A stretch of DNA of 64,000 nucleotides from NCBI GenBank assembly GCA_963772365.1, contig CAVYXA010000001.1:1696001-1760000 (forward strand), read 5' to 3'. This document shows, piece by piece, positions 11,649 through 20,401 of the stretch. The first letter of the stretch is position 1, and every line of letters begins with the position of its first letter. The DNA is from an uncultured Verrucomicrobiae bacterium (GTDB taxonomy: Bacteria > Verrucomicrobiota > Verrucomicrobiia > Chthoniobacterales > UBA10450). The notes beneath the pieces were generated by a model. That model saw nothing but the letters and a program-made list of their open reading frames with translations. It was not told where the DNA came from and searched no databases. Made by a program: the position numbers and the translations under genes.

Positions 11649-11661
11649 GCATAAACCCGCC

Positions 11662-12147
11662 ATGCCTTCATTCGATATTGTTTCCGAAGTGGACAGCCAG
11701 GAAGTCGATAACGCCCTGAATCAGGCGCGAAAAGAACTGGCTACGCGCTTCGATTTCAAAGGCGCGCAAACGGAGATCGTTCAGGAGAAAGACAAAATCG
11801 TGTTGACTGCCGATGACGCCGGTCATTTGAAAGGTCTGCGCGAAATCGTGATCGGGAAATTGTCGAAGCGCGGTGTCGATCTTCGCAACATCGAACAAGT
11901 CGAACCATCGATCTCATCGATGGGACACGCCCGTCAGGAATTGAAAATTCGGCAGGGGCTCGAAGGCGACAAGGCCAAGGAGATCATCCAGGCGATCAAG
12001 GCGCAGGGATTCAAGGTCCAGAGTCAACTGCAGGATCGACAAATTCGCGTCACTGGAAAAAAGAAAGACGACCTGCAAGAAGTGATTCAGTTCGTCCGCG
12101 GCCGCGATTTCAGCGTGGCTGCAAACTTCAAGAATTTTCGCGACTAA
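11662..12147 (+). CDS. yajQ: YajQ family nucleotide/c-di-GMP-binding protein
   Basis: MPSFDIVSEVD.QEVDNA, RFDFKG, RVTGKKKDDLQ, NFRD end. Confidence 0.95.
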   Translation: MPSFDIVSEVDSQEVDNALNQARKELATRFDFKGAQTEIVQEKDKIVLTADDAGHLKGLREIVIGKLSKRGVDLRNIEQVEPSISSMGHARQELKIRQGLEGDKAKEIIQAIKAQGFKVQSQLQDRQIRVTGKKKDDLQEVIQFVRGRDFSVAANFKNFRD

Positions 12148-12176
12148 TTTCGAAACTCAAAAGCGGGACTTCTAAT

Positions 12177-12304
12177 CTTGTCATGTCCGCCACGGCGGAT
12201 TCGTCCTGTGGCGAATTGAGGGAAGGGAAACATCTCTAGCTATTGGTCTTGGCGATTGTGGGAAGAGATGATTGGAGATCCTTCGCTGCGCTCAGGATGA
12301 CAAG
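12177..12304. repeat. GTCAT-family repeat, inverted partner of 11526-11648
   Basis: Reverse complement matches the 11526-11648 ends, including the same nested 30-bp insert. Confidence 0.85.
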
Positions 12305-12311
12305 GCTTTTC

Positions 12312-12557
12312 TTACCCGCCTTGGACCGGCGGCATGATCGCGATCTCTTCGCCATCGTGCATCTGATAATTGCGATCGACGAATTCCACACCGGCTCCGA
12401 TCAAGATCGTCTTCTCGTGCGCGCGAAGTGCAGGCGTTTGCGAGTAAATCTTCTCGATCAAATCGCGCACTGTCGATCCTAGCGGAAGATCGACATCCTT
12501 TTCCGGAACGCCAACCAGATCGCGCAGTTGAGCATAAAATTGCACTCGCACTCTCAT
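12312..12557 (-). CDS. moaD: MoaD/ThiS sulfur-carrier protein
   Basis: MRVRVQFYAQLRD...EIAIMPPVQGG with C-terminal GG. Confidence 0.88.
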   Translation of the reverse strand: MRVRVQFYAQLRDLVGVPEKDVDLPLGSTVRDLIEKIYSQTPALRAHEKTILIGAGVEFVDRNYQMHDGEEIAIMPPVQGG

Positions 12558-12561
12558 CTTT

Positions 12562-12667
12562 TGCGCGAGGCGCTTTCGGAGTGCGGGGCGTCTTCGCACC
12601 GCTTTTCTCCTTGTGCCCGGTTCGATCCAAAGCGACACGAAGGCGTGTCGCACTCCCAAAGCTTCGC
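12562..12667. repeat. REP-like doublet, GGAGTGCG...CGCACTCC family
   Basis: CTTTCGGAGTGCG...CGCACTCCCAAAG; second copy at 20234-20350. Confidence 0.75.
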
Positions 12668-12699
12668 AAAACTGAATATCACGCTTTTCCGATTCGCGT

Positions 12700-13281
12700 T
12701 CATTCGGGTGATTCGCGGGTGATCAAATCTTTCCGCAGCACACCGATGTACGGAAGATTGCGGTAACGCTCCATGTAATCGAGCCCGTATCCAACCACAA
12801 ATTCGTCCTCGATCTCAAAACCGAGGTAATCCGCATCCACTTTGCGGGCGCGCGGTTTCTTCTTGCTGAGTAAGACGCAAACTCGAATGCTGCGCGGTTT
12901 TGCGGTCTCGAGTTTCTCGCAAATGGCGGCGAGGGTATGACCGCTGTCCAGGATGTCGTCGAGGATCAGAATATGTCGATCTTTTACGTCCGGCAGCGCG
13001 ACTTGTCCGCCACCGGAGGGATTCGCCGTGGCGAATTTGAAAATCACTTCACCGCTCGTCTGCGCTTTGCCGTGGTAACTGGCCACGCTGAGGAAATCCA
13101 ACTTCAACGGGAGAGGAATGCGCCGGAGCAAATCGGCCATAAACATCAAGCTGCCGCTCAGGACTGCGATCACGGTTAGTTCGCGACCGCTATAATCCTT
13201 TGAGATTTGAGCGGCCATCTCGTCGATCCGGCTCAGGATTTTCTTCTCATGAAATAAGATGCGCTCCAGATCGTCCTGCAT
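12700..13281 (-). CDS. hpt: Hypoxanthine phosphoribosyltransferase
   Basis: ILILDDILDSGHTL PRPP motif, FVVGYGLDY, YRNLPYIG; 10-aa insert FATANPSGGG. Confidence 0.95.
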   Translation of the reverse strand: MQDDLERILFHEKKILSRIDEMAAQISKDYSGRELTVIAVLSGSLMFMADLLRRIPLPLKLDFLSVASYHGKAQTSGEVIFKFATANPSGGGQVALPDVKDRHILILDDILDSGHTLAAICEKLETAKPRSIRVCVLLSKKKPRARKVDADYLGFEIEDEFVVGYGLDYMERYRNLPYIGVLRKDLITRESPE

Positions 13282-13292
13282 TTGTAATTGAC

Positions 13293-13317
13293 GGGAAGCT
13301 GTCAGCTTCCCCTACAG
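13293..13317. repeat. Short GTAG-type REP (GGGAAGCTG-T-CAGCTTCCC-CTACAG)
   Basis: Perfect 9-bp stem; identical 25-bp copy at 20615-20639. Confidence 0.8.
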
Positions 13318-13387
13318 CCGTACTACAAAAGATCAAACATCAACCCTTCCGATTCGCGGTGAGACGCGAATGCGTTATGTTTTCGCA

Positions 13388-14179
13388 ATGTCGGATAAGC
13401 CTTCCAAGCTCAAAATTGCCGGCCGCGAGTTCGCTTCCCGTTTGCTCGTCGGCACCGGCAAATTTTCGTCGAATGAATTGATGCGTGACGCACTGGTCGC
13501 GAGCGGAAGTGAGCTGGTCACCGTTGCGTTGCGACGAGCCGATTTGTCCGGCAAAGCCGATCCGTATGCGAACATTCTCGATTTTGTCGATCCGAAACGC
13601 TTCCTGCTTTTGCCGAACACGAGCGGTGCGCGGAATGCATCCGAAGCAGCGCGATTAGCGCGGCTGGCCGTGAGCGCTGGGCTTCCTAACTGGATCAAAC
13701 TCGAGATTCATCCCGATCCTCGCTATCTGCTTCCAGACCCGGTGGAAACGTTGGCCGCAGCCGAAGTTTTGGTGAAGGAGGGCTTCACCGTCCTGCCTTA
13801 TATCAATGCCGATCCGGTATTGGCGAAACGCTTGCAAGATGTCGGCGTCGCTACCGTGATGCCGCTTGGTTCCCCGATTGGAAGCAACCGCGGAATCGAG
13901 ACGCGACCGCAGATTGAGATCATCATCGAACAAGCCACCGTGCCCGTTGTTGTTGATGCTGGATTGGGCGCGCCCAGTCACGCTGCGGAAGCGATGGAGA
14001 TGGGCGCCGACGCCGTCCTGGTCAACACCGCGATCGCCATTGCCTCCGATCCGGTGCGAATGGCGCAGGCATTTCGAAAAGCCATCGAAGCCGGGCGCGA
14101 CGCATTTGAAATTGGTTTGGCCGAGAAACTGGCAAACGCTTCCGCGACCAGTCCGCTCACCGGTTTCTTTGCGCAATAA
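13388..14179 (+). CDS. thiG: Thiazole synthase
   Basis: [45 protein letters not shown]. Confidence 0.97.
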   Translation: MSDKPSKLKIAGREFASRLLVGTGKFSSNELMRDALVASGSELVTVALRRADLSGKADPYANILDFVDPKRFLLLPNTSGARNASEAARLARLAVSAGLPNWIKLEIHPDPRYLLPDPVETLAAAEVLVKEGFTVLPYINADPVLAKRLQDVGVATVMPLGSPIGSNRGIETRPQIEIIIEQATVPVVVDAGLGAPSHAAEAMEMGADAVLVNTAIAIASDPVRMAQAFRKAIEAGRDAFEIGLAEKLANASATSPLTGFFAQ

Positions 14180-14180
14180 T

Positions 14181-14247
14181 TGTAGCGGCGGTCTGTGACC
14201 GTCGCCATCTTCGAAGAAAGTTTCGATGCTCACAGAGCGCCGCTACA
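14181..14247. repeat. GTAG-type REP doublet / possible bidirectional terminator
   Basis: TGTAGCGGCG...CGCCGCTACA inverted ends; related half at 16884-16908. Confidence 0.75.
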
Positions 14248-14464
14248 GATCGGTGCGGACGCTCGCGTCGTTGTAGAATTCGATCTGATGTCCGCCGACC
14301 CGCCGCACGATTCGCCAGCCATGATCGGCTGCGAAACCATCCAGTTGCTGATCTGTCAGCGAATGCAGAACCCGCAACTCAGCTGGATGGGTGATGAATA
14401 TTTCCGGTTTCACCGCGAGCGTCGCCTGAATTTTCGATGTGAGGGCGCTCAAGTCTCGCTCCAT
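14243..14464 (-). CDS. Small hypothetical protein
   Basis: 73-aa ATG-started ORF filling the gap. Confidence 0.55.
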   Translation of the reverse strand: MERDLSALTSKIQATLAVKPEIFITHPAELRVLHSLTDQQLDGFAADHGWRIVRRVGGHQIEFYNDASVRTDL

Positions 14465-14470
14465 ATTAAT

Positions 14471-14623
14471 TCACCGGTGTGACTCAGGAACTCGTTTGCG
14501 GGCCGGCTTTCGAATCGGCTGCGGTAAAGACGGCGGCAGTTTCTCTTTGCGATTCAACTTTTCTCCCAAAGCCCGATGCGATTTCCGGCTTGGCGATGGC
14601 CCGCGAATATTTGGTTTTTCCAT
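14471..14623 (-). CDS. Small basic hypothetical protein (50 aa, absent from the ORF track)
   Basis: MEKPNIRGPSPSRKSHRALGEKLNRKEKLPPSLPQPIRKPARKRVPESHR; GAGGT upstream; ends 6 bp before the next ATG. Confidence 0.4.
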   Translation of the reverse strand: MEKPNIRGPSPSRKSHRALGEKLNRKEKLPPSLPQPIRKPARKRVPESHR

Positions 14624-14763
14624 TTCAATCTACCTCTTCCGCTTCCTCTAATATTACTCTGACTTTATCACGAGAATCCAAAACAATGCTGAGTAACAGT
14701 TAAAGCGGGAGACGAAAAGTCGGCCCGACTGGCGCGCGCAATTGGATCGGCTACAGTGGGCGG

Positions 14764-15975
14764 ATGTTTTCGGAAACGGTTGAGCTACGCGGTCATATTA
14801 TCGACTCGCTGATTCTGCCGAAGGTGCTGGATCAGATCCTGACCCGCGGCGGAAATTTTAAGATCAGCGAAATCAAAATTGGCGAGAAGCGCGCCGACCA
14901 AAGTTTTGCCCGAATCGAGGTTTCAGCCGATACCCGAGAGGCCCTCGACGAATTGATCCTGCGTCTGCGTCAGCATGGGGCGGAGGCTAAAAAACGAACG
15001 AACGTGCAACTGGCCAAAGCGCCAGCCGATGGAGTCTTTCCGCGAGAATTTTACGTAACCACAAATCAGCAGACGTTCATTCGTTTGGACGGTAAGGAGG
15101 TCGAGGTGCGTCCCGCCATGATGGACAGCGCGATTGCCGTCGATCGAAAAGCGGGAACAGCCCGGGCTGTGAAGTTTTTCGATGTCAGAAAAGGCGACGA
15201 GATTGTGATTGGCCACAAAGGTGTTCGAGTCGTGCCGGTGCAACGGGCGACGTCGCGCACGGACGTTTTTCAATTCATCAATGCCAGCATTGCCGCTGAC
15301 GAGCCCAAGTCGGCGATCATCCGTGAGTTAGCTCGCGAACTACAGGAAGCCCGTGCGGCCGGAGCAAAAATTGCCATCGTTGGCGGCACGTCGATCGTGC
15401 GGACCGGTGCGGGCGAGCACCTCGAGCGCTTGATCGACTTGGGTTATGTCGATCGGCTTTTCGCCGGGAACGCATTTGCGGTTTACGACATCGAGCGCGC
15501 CATCTTCGGTACTTCGCTAGGGATCAGCTCGGAACGCGCGTTTGTCGCCGGCGGCCATGAAAATCACATTCGGGCCATCAATATTCTCCGCGAATCGGGC
15601 GGCATTGTCCCGGCCGTCGAGAAGAAAGTTATCACTCGCGGCGTCATGCGGAGTTGTGTGCGGCGCAAGGTGGACATTGTCCTGACTGGCTCGATTCGTG
15701 ACGAAGGCCCGATTCCGGGGGTTGTCACGGACGTGATCGAAGCGCAGAAAATCATGCGAGATAAGCTGGCCGATGTGACCCACGTATTTTTCCTCGGAAC
15801 GCTCCAACTATCGCTCGCCATCGCTGCAATGCTTCCGCCCTCGGTAAAAACGGTGTGTGTCGATATCGATTCAGCCGCGGTGGAAAAAGCCGTCGAACAT
15901 CAGCCGTTGCAATCGTTGGGGCTCGTCACCGATGTCGAGCCATTCCTGCGCGAACTGGCGGATTGTCTGAGATAA
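14764..15975 (+). CDS. TIGR00300-like protein (LOR/SDH-related; ornithine cyclodeaminase-like part of ArgZ/AgrE)
   Basis: ELRGHIIDSLIL, APADGVFP..FY.TTN, GSIRDEGP.P, TVCVDI, GLVTDV. Confidence 0.85.
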   Translation: MFSETVELRGHIIDSLILPKVLDQILTRGGNFKISEIKIGEKRADQSFARIEVSADTREALDELILRLRQHGAEAKKRTNVQLAKAPADGVFPREFYVTTNQQTFIRLDGKEVEVRPAMMDSAIAVDRKAGTARAVKFFDVRKGDEIVIGHKGVRVVPVQRATSRTDVFQFINASIAADEPKSAIIRELARELQEARAAGAKIAIVGGTSIVRTGAGEHLERLIDLGYVDRLFAGNAFAVYDIERAIFGTSLGISSERAFVAGGHENHIRAINILRESGGIVPAVEKKVITRGVMRSCVRRKVDIVLTGSIRDEGPIPGVVTDVIEAQKIMRDKLADVTHVFFLGTLQLSLAIAAMLPPSVKTVCVDIDSAAVEKAVEHQPLQSLGLVTDVEPFLRELADCLR

Positions 15976-15981
15976 AGCCTT

Positions 15982-16063
15982 GTCATGTCGAGCGAAGTCG
16001 AGACATCCCGTGAAGTTGGCTGGGAGTTTCGCCACGGGATTCCTCGACTTCGCTCGGAATGAC
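15982..16063. repeat. GTCAT-family REP-like repeat
   Basis: GTCATGTCGAGCGAAGTCGAG...CTCGACTTCGCTCGGAATGAC. Confidence 0.85.
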
Positions 16064-16084
16064 GTTTAGGAGACGAGAGATCTT

Positions 16085-16888
16085 ATGCGCGAGTTGCTGC
16101 TTTGTTCGCCGGAGCATTATGGGATCGAATATGAGATCAATCCCTGGATGAGCCGCGACCGTGGCGCGGAAGTGCCGGTCGCCCAAAAGCAGTGGAAAGA
16201 ATTGTACAGCACGCTTTCCCAACTCGACTGCAAAATTCAACTGATCGATCCGCAGCCAAAACTGCCGGACATGGTTTTTACCGCGAACGCCGGTCTGACG
16301 GTTGGCAAAAAATTTATCCCTAGTAATTTCCGGCATCAAGAACGCGCCGGAGAAGCGCCGCATTTCGCGAAATGGATGGAGCAACACGGCTACGAAGTGC
16401 AATGGCTTCCGAGCAATCTCTATTTCGAAGGCGAAGGGGATGCGCTCTTTGGGAGCGATGTTCTATTTTGCGGCTATAAATTCCGGTCTGATATCCAATC
16501 GCATCGGGCCGTGGCAGACATGCTGGGTTGTCTCGTCATTTCAGTCGAGCTTGTCGATCCTCGCTTTTATCATCTCGACACCTGCTTTTGTCCCTTGCCC
16601 GATGGCGGTGCGGTTTGGTTTCCGCCGGCATTCGATGAATACGGCCAGCGCGCGATTGGAGAGCATGTCCGCGAGCTGATCAATGTCGAAGAGGAAGAAG
16701 CCGCGCATTTTTGTTGCAATGCGGTCGTGCTCGGTCGTGACATCGTTTTGCCTCAAGGAGCGCCCAAACTTGCGTCAGTTCTGCGCGATCGCGGCTACCA
16801 CTGCCACGAACTGGCCATGACCGAATTCATCAAAGCAGGTGGCGCCTGCAAATGCCTGGTCATGTTCATGCCGCAACGGGAGATGTAG
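16085..16888 (+). CDS. Amidinotransferase-superfamily enzyme (arginine dihydrolase/DDAH-like)
   Basis: YEINPWM, LPDMVFTAN, FEGEGD, FYHLDTCFCPL, EFIKAGGACKC. Confidence 0.9.
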   Translation: MRELLLCSPEHYGIEYEINPWMSRDRGAEVPVAQKQWKELYSTLSQLDCKIQLIDPQPKLPDMVFTANAGLTVGKKFIPSNFRHQERAGEAPHFAKWMEQHGYEVQWLPSNLYFEGEGDALFGSDVLFCGYKFRSDIQSHRAVADMLGCLVISVELVDPRFYHLDTCFCPLPDGGAVWFPPAFDEYGQRAIGEHVRELINVEEEEAAHFCCNAVVLGRDIVLPQGAPKLASVLRDRGYHCHELAMTEFIKAGGACKCLVMFMPQREM

Positions 16889-16940
16889 CGGCGGTCTATG
16901 ACCGTCGCAAGCTTTCGCGACAAACCGCGACGGTCGCAAC

Positions 16941-18273
16941 CTAAGCCTGAAAACTTTCCCGTCGTCCTAGCTTCATCGGCATTCCAAATCGGGAACGCAG
17001 AGTCAATTGCGGCTCCAGTATGATCCGGGCTCGGGAAGCAAGTTGCATCTGCCAGTGTCTCGTTAGAGTAGCGATCACCAGCACGCCCTGCGTCCAGGCG
17101 AATCCTTCGCCGATGCATTGCAGGCCGCCGGCGCCGAAGGGAAAATAGGAAAATTTCGGACGCGCCGCGACTGCTTCAGGCCGCCAACGTTCCGGATCGA
17201 AGCGATTTGGATCGGGAAAATAACGGGGATCGCGATGCATTAGAAATTGGCTCACATGAACTGTACGAACCCTTGGGTATGAGCAGCCCATTTACCTTTG
17301 TCTCGCGGATGGCGTGCCGGCCAATGATCCAGACCGGCGGATACAACCGCATCGATTCGGCAAAGACCATTTTCGCGTACGGTAATCGCTCTACGTCGGC
17401 GATCTCGGGCAATCTTTCGCCTAACACGTTGTCGATCTCAGCGTAGAGCTTCTTCGTCACGTCGGGGTTCTTCGCGAGCAAATACCACGTCCACGTCAGC
17501 GCAGTCGCGACCGTTTCGTGTCCGGCCACGAAAAACGTCAGTATCTGATCCCGAATTTTCCTGTCGTTCATCATCCGTGGTTTTTCTTCGCTCAAACGAA
17601 CCAGGACGGAGAGCAGATCCGGCCGATCGGTCGGATGCGCGCGACGTTCAGCAATCATTTCGTAGATGAATTCGTCCAACCGTTTGGCCGCGCGACGGAA
17701 TCGTCTGTTGGCCGGCAACGGCAATTTTTCCAGGGTCTTACTCACGAGAAGCAAGTTATTGAAACGAGTGGCGCTCATGACGGTGACCAGAGCCTCGCCG
17801 ACTTCCGCCGCCTCGGATTCGACATCGACGTCGAATAGTGTTTTGCCGGTGATCGCCATGCTGAGGTGGTGCATTTCCGCCTGCATATCGATGGTTTGGC
17901 CGTCGCGCCATTGGTCGCTCCAACGCGCGGTTTGTTGCACCATCACTTCGCCCAACGCCGCGATGCGATGCTTTTGAAAGATCGGTTGAAGCAACGCGCG
18001 TTGCTTCCGGTGTGGCGCTCCTCGACTTGTTAGAAGACCGCGGCCAAGAATCCGCTGGACCGGCCGATGAACCGAACGCCGCATTCCTTCCTGATCCAAT
18101 AGAATCGCGCGGATGTAATCGGGATGATTGAGCAGGAAATCATGCCGCCGGCCGATCTCCACCTGCATAATGTCTCCATACTTGCGCGCAGCGCGTGAAA
18201 GATAACGCAACGGATCCCGATAAAGAGCGGCATAAGCCAGCAGTGGAATTTTTGGTCCGGGCGCTTTTTTCAT
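16941..18273 (-). pseudogene. Cytochrome P450 split by a 1-nt frameshift near 17262
   Basis: AGHET and ESMRLYPP in one frame; FDPERW and FPFGAGGLQCIG (haem Cys) in the next. Confidence 0.85.
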
Positions 18274-18343
18274 CGACAGATCAGATTCTCGAATTCGTTT
18301 CGATCGTGCCGGCCTGCGTTCGAGTTTGTCAAGGAGAGCGGAT

Positions 18344-20161
18344 TCATCGGGATCCTTTCCGAGCGAGCTCAGTTTCGATTTTTCCGAGCGGAAGACAATT
18401 CACGACGTCTGCTTTTGTTAGCCAGCCTTTGCGTGCGATGCCGATGCCGAACCATAAATCCTGCAATCGTTCGGTACAATGCGCGTCCGGGTTGATGACG
18501 CATCTTACTCCTTTTTGTTTCGCCAATGGCCACCACCGCCAATCCAGGTCGAGCCGTTTGGGTGCGGCGTTGAGTTCGATCCAAGTGCCGGTGCGCGCGG
18601 CAGCATCGAGAATCGCCGGGAGGTCGATCTGATAGGCGTCGCGTTTCAACAGCAATCGTCCGGTCGGATGGGCCAGCATGGTCACGAACCGATTCTCCAT
18701 TGCTCGGATCACACGCTTGGTCATATCCGCCTCGCTCAAACTGAAAACCGAATGCACCGAGGCGACGACAAAATCGAGTTGCGACAAAATCTCGTCAGGG
18801 AAATCCAGTCTGCCATCGCGGAGAATGTCGCATTCGACTCCGGCGAACAAACGAAAGCCATGGAATTTCTTGTTCAATCTGCGAATCGCCGTGGCTTGCT
18901 CGAGCAACTTTTTCTCGTCGATCCCATGTCCTTGCACCGAGCTTTTGCTGTGATCGGCAATGCCGAGATATTCCAGCCCCAGCTCCTGAGCCGCGGCTGC
19001 CATTTCTTCGAGCGAATTGTGACCGTCACTCGCGTGCGTATGGCAATGAAACGTGCCGCGAAGATTTTCTTTCTCGATCAGTTTTGGAAGAGTGTGATTT
19101 TCCGCGGCCTCGAATTCGCCGCAGTTCTCCCGCAATTCCGGCGGGATGTAATCAAGATCGACAGCGCGATAAAGATCGGCTTCGTCGTGGATCGTCGGGA
19201 TTTTCTTCGGGCGAATTTTCTTCGCGCGCGACGGCCGGGTGGTAGGGGCGGTTGATCTCAACCGCTCGAGCGATTCGGGTGAATCGCCCCTACCTTCCGC
19301 CGGCAATGGCGCGAGACGGTATTCGTTGAGGGTCCAGCCGCGCTTTAAGGCTCGATTGCGCATCTCGATGTTGTGCTCCTTGTTTCCCGTGAAATAGGCG
19401 AGCGCAAATGCGTATTCGGCTGAGTTCACTACGCGCAAATCGGTCTGCACACCCGAGCGAAGACGCACACTCGATTTGGTCGGACCGTGCGCAATGATCG
19501 ATTCCACCAGCGGATGCTCGACAAAGAACTTCGTGATTGCCTCCGGTTTTTTTGTCGCAACCAGAAGATCGACATCATGCACGATCTCTTTTCGGCGGCG
19601 ATAACTTCCTGCGACGTCGACCTGTAGCGTATCGGGATGGGCTGCCAAATCCGCACGCAAGCTTTCCGTTTCGGCTGCGACCTGGCCAAATTGAAACGAG
19701 CCGGCGTGCGACGCGCGACGAGCGATTGCTTCACAAAGTTTTTGCTGCGTCATTTCGCCAAAGCCCGGTAATTCGGCCACACGTCCGGATTCGCAGGCCT
19801 TGAGCAGATCGTCGATGGAGCTGACCTTGAGCTTCTCAAACAGCGCCTTGATCTTTTTCGGGCCGAGATTCGGCAACGAAAACAATTCAACAATCCCCGG
19901 CGGAAATTCCGCGCGCAGTTCTTCCAGAAACTTCAATGATCCGGTTTTCGCTAATTCAATGATCTTCTCCGCGATGCTTTTGCCGATGCCGGGAATTTTC
20001 TCCAATGATTCTTCATCCTGGAGATTGGAAATGTTCCCGCCGAAGGTCTCAAGAGCGCGCGCCGCGTTCGTATAAGCGCGGATCTTGAACGGATTCTCAT
20101 CCTTCAATTCCAGCAGCGTCGCGATCTGCTCGAGCGCCCCGGCGATTTGCTCTTTGGTCAT
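18344..20161 (-). CDS. polX: DNA polymerase X with PHP domain
   Basis: ENPFKIRAY, AGSYRR, DVDLL, YFTGNKEHN, HCHTHASDG, INPDAH; 18-aa REP-derived insert. Confidence 0.95.
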   Translation of the reverse strand: MTKEQIAGALEQIATLLELKDENPFKIRAYTNAARALETFGGNISNLQDEESLEKIPGIGKSIAEKIIELAKTGSLKFLEELRAEFPPGIVELFSLPNLGPKKIKALFEKLKVSSIDDLLKACESGRVAELPGFGEMTQQKLCEAIARRASHAGSFQFGQVAAETESLRADLAAHPDTLQVDVAGSYRRRKEIVHDVDLLVATKKPEAITKFFVEHPLVESIIAHGPTKSSVRLRSGVQTDLRVVNSAEYAFALAYFTGNKEHNIEMRNRALKRGWTLNEYRLAPLPAEGRGDSPESLERLRSTAPTTRPSRAKKIRPKKIPTIHDEADLYRAVDLDYIPPELRENCGEFEAAENHTLPKLIEKENLRGTFHCHTHASDGHNSLEEMAAAAQELGLEYLGIADHSKSSVQGHGIDEKKLLEQATAIRRLNKKFHGFRLFAGVECDILRDGRLDFPDEILSQLDFVVASVHSVFSLSEADMTKRVIRAMENRFVTMLAHPTGRLLLKRDAYQIDLPAILDAAARTGTWIELNAAPKRLDLDWRWWPLAKQKGVRCVINPDAHCTERLQDLWFGIGIARKGWLTKADVVNCLPLGKIETELARKGSR

Positions 20162-20233
20162 TGCTACTTTCAGTTTAGTGAAAAATTTGCTGATTCAAAA
20201 ACCTCAAGGAATGGCGACAGCACTTTTCGATTT

Positions 20234-20350
20234 CGCGAAGCTTTCGGAGTGCGAGGCGTCCTCGCGTCGCTTTTCCCCGCAAATGCGCAAACGGGCCGCC
20301 GTCCCAAAAGCGATGCGGGGACGCATGCGCACTCCGAAAGCGCTGCCGCG
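20234..20350. repeat. REP-like doublet, GGAGTGCG family
   Basis: CTTTCGGAGTGCG...CGCACTCCGAAAG inverted repeat. Confidence 0.75.
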
Positions 20351-20401
20351 CAAAAAGTATATGGGTGCACCTCGTGCTGCCGACTATAATGATTATTAAC
20401 A

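Noticed and set aside
13318..13387. TPP riboswitch upstream of thiG
   Set aside because: No recognisable TPP aptamer motifs, and the space is too short.
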